A DNA stretch of 57,360 nucleotides. It comes from an uncultured virus (IMG/VR IMGVR_UViG_3300025646_006603) (taxonomy: Duplodnaviria; Heunggongvirae; Uroviricota; Caudoviricetes). Both the position numbers and the translations under genes were made by a program. Shown piece by piece: positions 19,718 through 30,004 of this stretch. The stretch is taken from the IMG/VR virus record IMGVR_UViG_3300025646_006603; one strand, 5' to 3'. The notes beneath the pieces are model-generated. The model saw nothing but the letters and a program-made list of their open reading frames with translations, ran no database searches and was not told the origin of the DNA. Each line of letters begins with the position of its first letter. Position 1 is the first letter of the stretch.

Positions 19718-20451
19718 AATCCGTTATTTAATTGTTTAAGTTTATAAAGTGATACTAAATCACTTTTTGATTCTGAAATTTTTTCAATAGTTTTGTTTAT
19801 TCTTTCTGTAATCTCAGAATCGGTGGATTCATTTAAATTTGTATTTAATTTACTTAAAACATTCTCTTTAATTTCCTCAAATTCTTTTTTCACTTCTTCT
19901 TTAGAAAGTGATAATAATTTTTTTAACTCTTCCTTTTCAGATTCATTAATATTTTCAAATTCTTTATTAAATGAATTTGTAGCTATTTTTAACATTGATG
20001 ATAATGGAATATTAATTGACTCTGTTACAACTTTTTCTTCTTTTTTAGATGCAATTAAATTTTTAATATTCTTTTTTGATTCTAAAACTTTCTCTAAATT
20101 TTTTATTGATTTGTTATTGTAAACAACATTATCAATATCTGAGTAGTTGTTTGAAATATCTTCTTTTAAAATAGAATCAATCCACTCAGTTAATGAGATT
20201 ATATCTTTATTACTTTTTTCAATTAAACTCTGTAATTGTTCAATTGATTCATTTACATAATCTCCGGCAATTTCATTATCAACACCTTTTTTAGTTGATA
20301 AGTCATCATAGATATAATAGATTTTAGAAATGTTTTTATTTTCTAAAACATTCTTTTTGAAGTTTTTTAAATGGTTCTTAAATTCACTCTTACCGTAGAG
20401 TTTAACCATCGATTCTTCAATTTTAGTTTTAATTACTCCGAATTGTTTCAT
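19714..20451 (-). CDS. hypothetical helical protein (possible prohead core component)
   Basis: Immediately downstream of the portal gene, K/E-rich, with repeated VNES/VTES/INES/LNES sites. Confidence 0.65.
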   Translation of the reverse strand: MKQFGVIKTKIEESMVKLYGKSEFKNHLKNFKKNVLENKNISKIYYIYDDLSTKKGVDNEIAGDYVNESIEQLQSLIEKSNKDIISLTEWIDSILKEDISNNYSDIDNVVYNNKSIKNLEKVLESKKNIKNLIASKKEEKVVTESINIPLSSMLKIATNSFNKEFENINESEKEELKKLLSLSKEEVKKEFEEIKENVLSKLNTNLNESTDSEITERINKTIEKISESKSDLVSLYKLKQLNNGL

Positions 20452-20471
20452 AACATTTTATTTTATAAATA

Positions 20472-22316
20472 TTACGAATTCAACAACTCGCTCAATTTGT
20501 CGTCTATTTCGTTTAATGATTTCTTACCCTTTGATAAATCTATAGAATCTATACCATTAATCATATCATCTTCTAATATCAGATTTAAATCATCCATTTT
20601 TCTTGATTCAGGTGCTAATTCAGGTGCCGGTGCTGCTTCACCACCAGGTTCAGGTGTTTCAGGTGCTGGTGGTGTTCCTCCACCCCCCAAGTCACCCCCC
20701 AAGTCGCCGAATCCTGTATCAGCCGGTTCTGTTACTTCACCCTCAGGAGTTGCACTACCACCTTCACCAGGTTTGTTACCGTATAACTTATCAATGTTAG
20801 CGAATATACCTGTCTTAGTGATAACCTCAGCTGTCTTTTCAAGTTCAGCTGCGACCGCTTTTTCAATTCTTTGTTGTTGGATGTCTAACTTAATTTCTTC
20901 ATCAGAGAATCCAAGAATATGTTTCTTAGCCCAAGATGATGAAACAGGTAGAATACCATTACCGGGGTCTGTTGTTGCATCACGGTAAAGTTGAATCTTA
21001 GATTGCCATTGTTCAACCTTAAGAAGGTCTGCTTGTGTTGATGGGTTAGTAAGACCTAACGTAAAGTTATTTAACTCATCTTCAAAACCTAAAAGATATA
21101 GGTGAATAATAGCTATTTTGTTTAACTCTTGAATCATAGATTTTTGAATTCTGTTGATTGTACGAGCAAATCTAATATCCTGTAACGATAAGTTCTTACC
21201 GTCACCAACAACTTCTTCAAAACCTAAGAATGCTTTAGGTACACGAAGTGCTGTTAACAATTTCTTTTGAATGTATTCAATATCTGCAATTTCAGACAAG
21301 TTTGTTGCACCTGGTAAAGTATCAATTGGATTTGGAGCATTAGGGTCACGAACAGGAATAAAGTAATCTTGGTCTACCGCCATTTGGTTATATCTCAAAT
21401 CCACGTTACCGTTTGATGGGTCAACAATTTGGTCTCGTTTGAATTTATTTGCAACTCGGTTTACATATGGTTCAACATCTTTGTCATCCATGTTACCGAC
21501 AAATATTTTAAATACTCTTCTTTCAGGTGCTCTTGATGTTCTGTAAATCAACATCGCATCTTCGGCTAATAATAATTGTTTCCAAATTCTTCTTGCCTTC
21601 TCTAACATAGATGTACCATAAGGAAGTTTTCTGTCATCACCCAATAATCTAAAGTGAGCAATTTCCCATGTATTAAATTCCATGTCTTTTTCTTTCCACA
21701 AGAACTTTAAAGCATCGTTTTCTGTTGTAGTACTACTTCTATTAGGTGAGTACTTCATACCTCTCTCTAATCTTTCTACTTGGATATTTGGTAGTTGTTG
21801 TCCGCCTACAATACCTTTTTCTGGGTCAAGTTTTAAATAGACAAAATTGTCTCCAAATTTGCATGTATTTCTAGTCCACATAGGTAGATTAGTATTAATG
21901 TCAAGTCGATTGTTGAACAGGTCTGCAAGTACTGACTTAATACGTTTACTTTCTGAGTAAATTTGTAATATGTATCCATCTTCATTTGTTGTTGTTGATT
22001 CTTCAGCATAGATGTCCAACGCGGCAGATATTTCAGGAGTATATTCCATACTCTCATAATCATAATAAGATGCCAATCTTGTTGGTTCGTAGTAAACGGC
22101 TTGTGTATAAAGATTATTTTCAATCTTGGTCCACTGTTGTCCCAAATATAAAGATTGCTGTGCTTGTAACTTTTCTCTCTCATACTCCTGTTTATTTGGA
22201 GTTTTCAAAAGTTCTTTTTTGTCAAATCTATATACAGGGGCTTGTTGGTCTAAAGTAGAGTCAGGACCAAATACTTGACCTAATCTTTGCCATATCGTTA
22301 AATTATTTTCTGCCAT
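20472..22316 (-). CDS. gp20: portal protein (T4 gp20-like)
   Basis: EDAMLIYRTSRAPERRVFKI.VGNM, DYFIPVR, IDTLPG..NL..I.DIEY..KKL..AL.VP. Confidence 0.96.
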   Translation of the reverse strand: MAENNLTIWQRLGQVFGPDSTLDQQAPVYRFDKKELLKTPNKQEYEREKLQAQQSLYLGQQWTKIENNLYTQAVYYEPTRLASYYDYESMEYTPEISAALDIYAEESTTTNEDGYILQIYSESKRIKSVLADLFNNRLDINTNLPMWTRNTCKFGDNFVYLKLDPEKGIVGGQQLPNIQVERLERGMKYSPNRSSTTTENDALKFLWKEKDMEFNTWEIAHFRLLGDDRKLPYGTSMLEKARRIWKQLLLAEDAMLIYRTSRAPERRVFKIFVGNMDDKDVEPYVNRVANKFKRDQIVDPSNGNVDLRYNQMAVDQDYFIPVRDPNAPNPIDTLPGATNLSEIADIEYIQKKLLTALRVPKAFLGFEEVVGDGKNLSLQDIRFARTINRIQKSMIQELNKIAIIHLYLLGFEDELNNFTLGLTNPSTQADLLKVEQWQSKIQLYRDATTDPGNGILPVSSSWAKKHILGFSDEEIKLDIQQQRIEKAVAAELEKTAEVITKTGIFANIDKLYGNKPGEGGSATPEGEVTEPADTGFGDLGGDLGGGGTPPAPETPEPGGEAAPAPELAPESRKMDDLNLILEDDMINGIDSIDLSKGKKSLNEIDDKLSELLNS

Positions 22317-22365
22317 TAAACTAGTTTTTACATAAATAGTATGAAATATTTAATTAAATTAAATA

Positions 22366-24135
22366 TCACCTACCGAATAACCATAAATACTTCTCATAAT
22401 CATTTCTTGTCGGGTTCTGATTCATCCCCCTATTATGGTTATGATTTGGCATCACAGGTAATGCCGGATTAAAATCCTGTGATTTTTCTTTATATTCATT
22501 TGTCGATACAGACCAACTATCAATCATAGCCTTTGTTTGTTCTGTAACTTTTTCTAACTGTGTAAATGAACTTTCAGCAACATATATCGCCATGGCCATT
22601 GCCATAATTAAGTCATCGTGTTGTCCTTTTTGGTGGTCAGGTCTTCCATTAACATAAACAAAAGTACCTAACTCATTTATTAATCTATTTGAACGAACTT
22701 GAAACTTATGTCTTAATGATTCTTCAAATGCTGCAACAATCTGAACACGTTTTGAGTTAAAGTTAATACCAGGAATCTTTTCATCCGCCTTTGAATTGTA
22801 TTTCCATTTATCTGCAGCATTGATACCATCAATATATAAATTTTTATATCCCATTTCTTGGAGTTTTCTTGATGTTGAAACTCCCATACCACCTGTTATA
22901 TCAATAACAATAAAAGCAGAATACATCGTAGCCCATTTATAAGCGACTTCAGCAGCAACATCAGGTGGAATCTTACCAAGATATTCTAATACCTGTTCTC
23001 TTTCATCAAAATCAATAATACAGAATGTTGTAAAGTCCTCACTATCTCCACGAGATACGTCAATACCCATAACATACTTGTGACCTAATATTGGTTCTTT
23101 CCACTGCCACAAGGAACCACCCATAAATTTTTTTTCAGGTTCTCTTACACAATTATCTTTTAAGTATTCAACAGTTTCAGGTGGAATAACGTTATCACCC
23201 GAACCTAAGAAGTTACATTCCAATTCCTGTGCGATTTTTCTACGGTCAAATTTTAGTTTTTTTGCCATCGCCTCAAACCATGAAGAATATGGTTTATAAC
23301 CATCATGAAATTTTTCTTTTATTTCTTCAAAATTTCTCTTCATAGGGTCAATGTGACCGTATTCAATAATAATCTCACTGTCATCGTAATCTTCACGATT
23401 TAACATGTAGTGAACAATATCTTTACACTTAATCAGTTTTAAATCTTTAGCATAACGGGGGTCACGATACCAATACATTTCTGTAATCTTGAAATCATTC
23501 ATTTCCCTTAATGCTTGGTCATATATTGAATAGTAGATTGGGTCAAAACCGTTTGGTGTAGAAATAACAATTACCTTACCACCTGTAGAAAGTGATGCCA
23601 TACATGCAGACCAGAAATCATTATCGGCTTCAATAAACGCCGCCTCATCAAAAATAAGAATAGTTGGTGTATAACCACGAAGTGCGTCTTTAGATGTAGC
23701 AACCGCCTTTACCTCACATCCATTACTTAATTTAAAGTGTCTTTGTGAATTCTTTTCCACCGAGAAACTAATACCAAACCATGAGGGCCATTGGTCAACA
23801 AACGCACGAATCTTGTTTGCCATTTCTTGAGATGTGTCAAGTTTGTTGGCGATGATTAGAATTTTTTCTGGTTTTGTTTTTGGTGCAGTAACTAATCTTT
23901 TTGATACCCATGCAGATGTTACTGTCGATACACCAGCTTGACGATACTTTAATGCGATATTTTCTTCGTAAGTATCAAAGTCATTAATAAGATGTACTTG
24001 GTCAGGAAATAGTTCCAATGGAACATATTTCGATTGTGTGTTGTCGTAAGTTTGTAGGTAGGTTTTTAGAGCGTATGGGGTATCCTTTACACAACGTGCA
24101 TATTCAAGTATTGCTTGTTCTCTTGATAGACCCAT
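22366..24135 (-). CDS. gp17: terminase large subunit (T4 gp17-like)
   Basis: LFPDQ adenine-binding motif, KYRQAGVST Walker A region, ILIFDEAAF Walker B, STPNG, QELECNFLGS, nuclease GIDVSRG..EDFT and HDDLIMA. Confidence 0.95.
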   Translation of the reverse strand: MGLSREQAILEYARCVKDTPYALKTYLQTYDNTQSKYVPLELFPDQVHLINDFDTYEENIALKYRQAGVSTVTSAWVSKRLVTAPKTKPEKILIIANKLDTSQEMANKIRAFVDQWPSWFGISFSVEKNSQRHFKLSNGCEVKAVATSKDALRGYTPTILIFDEAAFIEADNDFWSACMASLSTGGKVIVISTPNGFDPIYYSIYDQALREMNDFKITEMYWYRDPRYAKDLKLIKCKDIVHYMLNREDYDDSEIIIEYGHIDPMKRNFEEIKEKFHDGYKPYSSWFEAMAKKLKFDRRKIAQELECNFLGSGDNVIPPETVEYLKDNCVREPEKKFMGGSLWQWKEPILGHKYVMGIDVSRGDSEDFTTFCIIDFDEREQVLEYLGKIPPDVAAEVAYKWATMYSAFIVIDITGGMGVSTSRKLQEMGYKNLYIDGINAADKWKYNSKADEKIPGINFNSKRVQIVAAFEESLRHKFQVRSNRLINELGTFVYVNGRPDHQKGQHDDLIMAMAMAIYVAESSFTQLEKVTEQTKAMIDSWSVSTNEYKEKSQDFNPALPVMPNHNHNRGMNQNPTRNDYEKYLWLFGR

Positions 24136-24154
24136 GTTCTCATTTTTTTACTTT

Positions 24155-25429
24155 TTATACCGCAGGACCTCCGATACCTAAACCATCTAAGAAATCATCT
24201 AAATCAAAACCTTCATCATTATCTCTAAATTGATTCATAGATTGTTCGTATTCTTCGTCTTTAATTTCTTGTATGATTTCATCAACCATGGCTTTAACTG
24301 CCTTCTTACCGTCCTCACTACCTGATAATATTTCTTGTGCTAATTCAAAAAATTGTTCAGTACTAAGTGCTGAAAAACGAGAAAATAAATAATTTTGAAT
24401 TTCTCTCATATCTTCTTCAAACAACTCATCAGGATATACACTTAAGAATTTCTCCCAAATAACAGGACCTAATCTCAAGTCCCAAATTTCATATGGTAAG
24501 GTATCTTGTGATGCCATAACCATTTCTGCCTGTTTTGGGTCGTCAGGTAATCCTTGTGTTCCCATAACTTCATAAACACCTTTTAATAGTTCGTGAATAA
24601 GTACAGGGAAGAACATTCCTTTTGCTTTGATTGTTGGTGGGTCTGTAGTGTCATCAACTTCTTCTGAACCTGCAACACCCTCACCTGAACCTGCCATCAT
24701 CTGAGCAGCTTCGTCAGGCATAATCCAATAAACTAAATCGTTAATTGACATTAAGACACCATATAAATTTAAAAGCTCGGGGTTTAATCTATTTAATTCT
24801 TCCTCAACTAAACTAAACATATAGTGACCTTTTTTAGATGCTCCTTGAATAAGTGAATTGATAAATCTTCTTTTTGCTTTTTCTAAATCAAACTTATCAA
24901 AAGCCGCCATAAGATTATCTAAATCTTCTTCCGCCTCATCTTCACTAACTCCGAATTCTTTCTCAATCTCCTCAGGAGATGGTTCTTCAGATTGTTTTCT
25001 CATTTTTGACGTATCCATTTGAGATGGATTACCAATCAATTCAACATCAAATATAAATGCGTCATCAGGTAATGACATTTCTTTTTTAACCAAATCAACG
25101 GCTAAATTTTCCAAATATTCTTCATTACCGGTTTCAATTTGTTTTACTTTTTGTACTGCTTGCATCAACATCATCTGAAGTTGCATAAAAGCATTTTGCC
25201 CCGAAATGTTAGTTAAACCTGTATACCTTTTAACTTTATCAACAACATCCTTAAATCTTTTAGATGCGATAATCTCCTCAAATGAATTATCACCATCTTG
25301 TTCAGGGAATGCAGGAGAATCTGATAAAGGAGTTTCACCTTTTTCAATTTTACTTTGAATATCCGGTGACATTCTTTCTGGTCTATCACCGTAATCTATT
25401 GGTGCTTCTTTAAGATTCTTTTTCATCAC
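24155..25429 (-). CDS. hypothetical protein
   Basis: 424-aa intact ORF containing HELLKG (an incomplete HExxH). Starts MMKKNLKEA. Confidence 0.75.
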   Translation of the reverse strand: MMKKNLKEAPIDYGDRPERMSPDIQSKIEKGETPLSDSPAFPEQDGDNSFEEIIASKRFKDVVDKVKRYTGLTNISGQNAFMQLQMMLMQAVQKVKQIETGNEEYLENLAVDLVKKEMSLPDDAFIFDVELIGNPSQMDTSKMRKQSEEPSPEEIEKEFGVSEDEAEEDLDNLMAAFDKFDLEKAKRRFINSLIQGASKKGHYMFSLVEEELNRLNPELLNLYGVLMSINDLVYWIMPDEAAQMMAGSGEGVAGSEEVDDTTDPPTIKAKGMFFPVLIHELLKGVYEVMGTQGLPDDPKQAEMVMASQDTLPYEIWDLRLGPVIWEKFLSVYPDELFEEDMREIQNYLFSRFSALSTEQFFELAQEILSGSEDGKKAVKAMVDEIIQEIKDEEYEQSMNQFRDNDEGFDLDDFLDGLGIGGPAV

Positions 25430-26267
25430 TAAATTTTATATTTAAATTGTCAAATTTTAAGAAAGATGGTAATTCCATAGCAAAAGTTTCATCATCACCT
25501 TTAGCTTTTGGTGCTGGCTGATGTTTTGGTTTATATGGACTTTTTCTCTCGGGTTTTGATGGTGTTTTTGTTGGAGCTTTTGTAGGTGCTTCCTTTGTAC
25601 CAGGACCGTTTTCCACTAAATTTAATAAATCTTTCTTTGTCATACTCGGTGTTATGTGTTTTTGAACTAACTTAATCAATGATTCTTCAATCATCTTTAC
25701 ATTACGAATATAACTTTCTTTTCTTGCATTTTCAACTTTTATAGGTAATCCTTTGTGTTTGGTACTTGCAAAATCATCAACTTCTTTTTTTGTCATTGAT
25801 TTTGCGGCTTTTTTAACTTCCTTAGAAACTTCAGAAGGTTTTACATCACCTTCTTTATATGATTTAACTAAACCCATAAATTTTTGTTGTTTTTTAGAAA
25901 CCGCCTTTTCTTTAATTTCAGATTCTATCGACATACCATCATCAGCATTATTATCACCATCGTTACTGGACGGTCCTTCATCATTTGAAATACTATTACC
26001 CGCATAAGGGTCGTATCCACTATCTTTATCAACTGCAGCATCTAAATTACTATCTTCACTCATTTCCTTTTCTAAACGAACATTGACACCCTTTTTAGCC
26101 ATTTCTTCAGCTTTTTTAGGGTCTTTAGTTGTTACAGTACCGGTTTCTTGTTCTTTAATTATTCTTGTATAAAGAACATTTATTTGGCTCTCATTTAAAT
26201 TACGAAGGGTCTCAAACGAGAAACCCTGCTTCATTAACTTTATTACTCTTATATCGTTAGTTTTCAT
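25410..26267 (-). CDS. hypothetical protein containing a DUF3008-like module
   Basis: KAVSKKQQKFMG...AAKSMTKKEVDDFASTKHKGLP. The likely start at 26267 makes an ATGA overlap. Confidence 0.7.
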   Translation of the reverse strand: MKTNDIRVIKLMKQGFSFETLRNLNESQINVLYTRIIKEQETGTVTTKDPKKAEEMAKKGVNVRLEKEMSEDSNLDAAVDKDSGYDPYAGNSISNDEGPSSNDGDNNADDGMSIESEIKEKAVSKKQQKFMGLVKSYKEGDVKPSEVSKEVKKAAKSMTKKEVDDFASTKHKGLPIKVENARKESYIRNVKMIEESLIKLVQKHITPSMTKKDLLNLVENGPGTKEAPTKAPTKTPSKPERKSPYKPKHQPAPKAKGDDETFAMELPSFLKFDNLNIKFSDEKES

Positions 26268-26665
26268 TCTACTAAACTTTTTTCCCATTTGAGAACAATG
26301 TCTCTTTCGTATAATTTATCTGCAACTGATTTTTCAGTATCCCCGTAGTGGAAAACCAAACGAGTATATTTTTTGTCAGTTACGGCTTCGCAGTCAGAAT
26401 TTTCCCATCCGAGAGCGATGACTCCCTCAACAGAGTCAAACACTGAAAAGAAATCAGAGTTTTGAATTAAGTTCAGTTCAATACCTGAGTTTTTCAAAAC
26501 TCCCACCTTTTCTATAAATTGAATATGGGGTGGTGTTGGTCTGCCTGAAGCTGGTTCAACGTCCCAATCATCACCCCACACATCTTCTTGTGCTGAGAAG
26601 ATAAATTCATATACGTTATCTCCCTTATAGTTTGGACCTAGTTCGTTAACGTAAATTAATTTCAT
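26264..26665 (-). CDS. hypothetical protein
   Basis: 133 aa, with ATGA overlaps on both sides. Confidence 0.75.
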   Translation of the reverse strand: MKLIYVNELGPNYKGDNVYEFIFSAQEDVWGDDWDVEPASGRPTPPHIQFIEKVGVLKNSGIELNLIQNSDFFSVFDSVEGVIALGWENSDCEAVTDKKYTRLVFHYGDTEKSVADKLYERDIVLKWEKSLVE

Positions 26666-28122
26666 AAAATTTCACCTTTTATAGAAACCTTAATTGATTT
26701 TCCATCAGCTTCAAAAACTAAGTTACCTTTGTTTGTTTTTCCGATGAACTTAACATTGTCGTGTTCCTTAATGATGAAATCTGCAGTAAGTTCTTGTTCT
26801 ACAGTTTCAGAAAGATTTCTAATCTCTTTTCTTACCAAAGAATTTTTAACTCTTTCTGTGATGTATTTTTTTACTTGTTTATCTTTGTTTAATTTTTTCT
26901 CACCTTCAGAAACTACAAAATATTTTGATAATACTTTTTCAATTTTTGATTCAGAGAAAATCTCGTCCATAGTTTTTTCGTAACCTTTACCTTCACTCTT
27001 TTCTCCTGAAACGATTTCACCATATTTAAAACCACCTGGTGTTCTAAACTCGTCTTTGTCTAAACCGTCTTCGTCAGAATTGTTTGAATCTACTCCAAGA
27101 ACTCTAGATAATCTATTTTTGAATCTATCTCTAAGTTTGTGGTCTTCTTTATCGTAACTACCACGCTCAAAATGACTCTTTTCACCGTCACCTAAATCCA
27201 TATCATCATAGAAATATTCTTTCATTTCACCCATTTCAGCGTCTGATTCCATGTCACCACCGAAGTCCAATTCATCACCAGCTTCAACATCAATTTCAGT
27301 ATCATCTTCAACTCCGTAATCTATAGCGTCTTCATCTTCTTCAAAATTAGCCATTACATCATCATAGTCCTCTTCTGTAAGTTTTGATAAATCCAGGGCA
27401 GATAAAACTGAATTTAATACGTACTTAATATTTTCAGAGGTAATTCCTTGTGATGATTCCAATGTTCTTAATTTTTGACCTAACTTTCCTGTCAACTTTT
27501 GAATAACTTTAAATGAAACTTCTTCATCGTCTTCACCTTTTGGTGCATCCATGTCAACTTCCATATCCATTTCTTCACCACCTTCAGGTGTTGCATCCAT
27601 ACCGAAATCTAATTCTTCACCACCTTCAGGTGCTGGAGCTGCGTCCATACCGAAATCTAATTCTTCACCACCTTCAGGTGCAGGAGCAGGTGTTGCAACA
27701 TCCATAGATGCTGACATGTCAACTTCTGGCTCAGCAGGTTTAGGAGTTTTTAAAACAAATTTTTTCTGTTCTCCAATAAGATTAACACCTTCTTCATTTT
27801 CGTGTAATCTATTTAATTCACCAGCCATCAAATTAATTTTCTTCATAGCTTGTGAATATGAATTATAATACTTTCTGTTTTTCATTGGTTCGATGTAGTC
27901 AAACTCTGACTCATTGATACCTTTTTTAACAATGTATCCTGATTTTTCTTTTACGATACCGTAATAGTTTCCGTCCGCTAATTGGATAGAATACTCTGTT
28001 GATGTCGAAGAAGATTCGTTTATGTTAGAGGTTGTTTTGCCATAATTAGCAATTTCCATGATACGTTTTAACTTATCACTACCTTCTAATTTTTCACTTC
28101 CGATAGGTCTTAAATCTGCCAT
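26662..28122 (-). CDS. acidic low-complexity protein, probably head-associated
   Basis: D/E/M-rich like the scaffold, with internal PAPEGGEELDFGMDA repeats. Confidence 0.7.
   Translation of the reverse strand: MADLRPIGSEKLEGSDKLKRIMEIANYGKTTSNINESSSTSTEYSIQLADGNYYGIVKEKSGYIVKKGINESEFDYIEPMKNRKYYNSYSQAMKKINLMAGELNRLHENEEGVNLIGEQKKFVLKTPKPAEPEVDMSASMDVATPAPAPEGGEELDFGMDAAPAPEGGEELDFGMDATPEGGEEMDMEVDMDAPKGEDDEEVSFKVIQKLTGKLGQKLRTLESSQGITSENIKYVLNSVLSALDLSKLTEEDYDDVMANFEEDEDAIDYGVEDDTEIDVEAGDELDFGGDMESDAEMGEMKEYFYDDMDLGDGEKSHFERGSYDKEDHKLRDRFKNRLSRVLGVDSNNSDEDGLDKDEFRTPGGFKYGEIVSGEKSEGKGYEKTMDEIFSESKIEKVLSKYFVVSEGEKKLNKDKQVKKYITERVKNSLVRKEIRNLSETVEQELTADFIIKEHDNVKFIGKTNKGNLVFEADGKSIKVSIKGEIL
27571..27687 (-). 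repeat. in-frame tandem repeat (PEGGEE[LDFGMDA], ~2.5 copies)
   Basis: TTCTTCACCACCTTCAGGTG occurs three times and TCCATACCGAAATCTAA twice. Confidence 0.85.
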
Positions 28123-28145
28123 TTTATTTTAATTTTAATATTTTT

Positions 28146-28316
28146 TTAATTGTTTAGTCCTGAACCACCTAAGGTTACTGAATTACATTGTTGAGCACCA
28201 ACTGTTTGGTCATCGCCATCCGTAAACACAGGGTGAAGCGGGTTTATAGTATCACCACTTAAATTTATTTGTATATTATAAGTGTAATAATTGTCAGTAC
28301 ATCCTGTAATTGCCAT
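28146..28316 (-). CDS. small hypothetical protein (56 aa; not in the ORF track)
   Basis: MAITGCTDNYYTYNIQINLSGDTINPLHPVFTDGDDQTVGAQQCNSVTLGGSGLNN*. It fills the gap and has the late motif at 28331-28338. Confidence 0.7.
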   Translation of the reverse strand: MAITGCTDNYYTYNIQINLSGDTINPLHPVFTDGDDQTVGAQQCNSVTLGGSGLNN

Positions 28317-28385
28317 AATTATTTTTTATTAATAAATATATTGATTGTTGTGTTTTTCCAAATTTCTTTATATTTAAGGTTTTCC

Positions 28386-29144
28386 TTAAATTGTTTCTTC
28401 CCCTTCAAGGGATAGGCGTTTATCCATTATTTCATTTTCAAAGTCAAATAATTTTTGAATATAACCATTTCTTCTTAAGAATTTAAAGACCAAATTCTCA
28501 TAAGAATATTCACCGTCTTTTTCCAACCCACAACTTCTATATTTCTTTAAACGGTCTTTTACACTATCAATTTTTTCGATAACCTCTTCCAGATTCTCAT
28601 CACCATCGTTAATGTCTTCAATAACCAAATCAATAATATCCATCCATTGGTTAACCTTTGATTTTAATTTTCCTTCATCGATTGTAACTTCTTCAGGTGA
28701 TGGTTCGTTAATCCATTCATCAAATAATACAGAATATACTCCACTTGAAAAATGTTCCTCATTAGTATCTTGGACATATAATTCAACATCATATCCTTTA
28801 ACCTTAATATCGTGTGTTGAATTAAAAAGTGTTTTCTTTAATTTAAAAAGTTCTGCAACCAAATCTTTTTTATCTCCCGACTCATTAAAATCATACATAA
28901 TGTGTAAATCAACGTCAGAGAATTCAGACCAGTTGTAATTTGCCAATGAACCTGTCATGGTAACATCTTGAATAAAGATTTCCAAACCCAAGAAACTAAT
29001 AAATTCATTTGCAATTTCTAACAACCTTTCTCTAATGTCATCTTTCATTTTTGCATTAGATGGGTCTTCAGGATTTTCCCAAATTTTTGGGTTTAATTCA
29101 TCCTTAACATAAAAACTTTTAATTATGTTTTCAAAACTTTCCAT
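28386..29144 (-). CDS. Pol-beta-superfamily nucleotidyltransferase
   Basis: TGSLANYNWSEFSDVDLHI (GS...DxD) and a downstream VELYVQD third acidic strand. Confidence 0.8.
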   Translation of the reverse strand: MESFENIIKSFYVKDELNPKIWENPEDPSNAKMKDDIRERLLEIANEFISFLGLEIFIQDVTMTGSLANYNWSEFSDVDLHIMYDFNESGDKKDLVAELFKLKKTLFNSTHDIKVKGYDVELYVQDTNEEHFSSGVYSVLFDEWINEPSPEEVTIDEGKLKSKVNQWMDIIDLVIEDINDGDENLEEVIEKIDSVKDRLKKYRSCGLEKDGEYSYENLVFKFLRRNGYIQKLFDFENEIMDKRLSLEGEETI

Positions 29145-29167
29145 TAACTTATAAATAGTATGGAATA

Positions 29168-29416
29168 TTAGTTTGTAAGTTTTTTGTATTTGTATTTCTT
29201 AGATATCTCCTTATTGAAGAAACTTCCTTGTGATTCTGCCATTCTAAATTTTGTATATGTAGAATGTGGAACCTCCTCATAAAGATATTCCATACCGTTT
29301 TTAAACGTTACCTTTAAGGTTTTTTCACCTGTATCGTAAACGGTCTTAGTAAGATTGCTTGATTCAATCTCATTGATAATTTGTTTGCCTTCGATTTTTT
29401 CGCTTTTTACTGCCAT
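29168..29416 (-). CDS. KTSC domain protein
   Basis: SSNL....YD.....L.V.FKNG..Y.Y..VP...Y..F..AESQGSFFNKEI. Confidence 0.9.
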   Translation of the reverse strand: MAVKSEKIEGKQIINEIESSNLTKTVYDTGEKTLKVTFKNGMEYLYEEVPHSTYTKFRMAESQGSFFNKEISKKYKYKKLTN

Positions 29417-29456
29417 AACTATACTTTTTTATTAAGTATATGAAATGTATGAAAAT

Positions 29457-29484
29457 AAAAAACCCCTCTTTTTGGGAGGGGTTT
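29457..29484 (-). terminator. intrinsic terminator
   Basis: AAAAAAACCCCTC-N7-GAGGGGTTT. A near-identical copy lies at 47561-47588. Confidence 0.75.
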
Positions 29485-29489
29485 GTTAA

Positions 29490-29939
29490 TTAACCTTTTA
29501 ACTTACTTATTTGGTCTCGTAATTTAATAGCTTCTTCAAAGTTCTGTTCTTCAATCGCACTATTAAGTTTCTTTTGTAACTCAGCAATTTTGTCTTGGTT
29601 TTCTTCCATGTGTTTAATTTGGTCTCTGAGTTCAGCCGCTCTTTCAAAGTTTTGTTCTTCAACACAACGGTCAAGTTCTCTTTTTAGAGAATCAACTTCA
29701 TTAGATGACGATTTTCTTTTTTGTGTGAAGTTTGGTTCTCCACCGTATGTTCTTACAATACTGGTAACTGAGAACATTCCGTCTTCTGAAACAAAACTTT
29801 CTTTATGCCAATCACCATTTTCATCGGTACCCTTTTCGGAGTTTGTTTTTCCTTTTACAAAAAACGGTTGATTAAACATTGAGTCCATGTCGTTGAACAT
29901 GTTAAATAGGTCATTAATATTTCTTCTTTTTCCAAACAT
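29490..29939 (-). CDS. tandem UVR (UvrB/UvrC motif) domain protein
   Basis: Two copies of L...L...(V/I)EEQNFE.A..LRDQI. Confidence 0.85.
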   Translation of the reverse strand: MFGKRRNINDLFNMFNDMDSMFNQPFFVKGKTNSEKGTDENGDWHKESFVSEDGMFSVTSIVRTYGGEPNFTQKRKSSSNEVDSLKRELDRCVEEQNFERAAELRDQIKHMEENQDKIAELQKKLNSAIEEQNFEEAIKLRDQISKLKG

Positions 29940-30004
29940 AATTTTTTATTTTGATTTAAGTTTATTATCTTTGTTGTTAATTATCTTTATTTTAAATACA
30001 CCCT

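Noticed and set aside
20371..20988. Plus-strand 205-aa Pro/Gly-rich ORF
   Set aside because: Shadow of the portal protein's low-complexity C-terminus.
13947..24135. Inteins or introns in capsid, portal or terminase genes
   Set aside because: The ORFs are continuous and no intein-type C...HN termini or LAGLIDADG motifs were seen.
27571..27687. Direct repeats as a possible CRISPR array
   Set aside because: They are in-frame coding repeats with repeated rather than unique spacers, and no cas genes are present.
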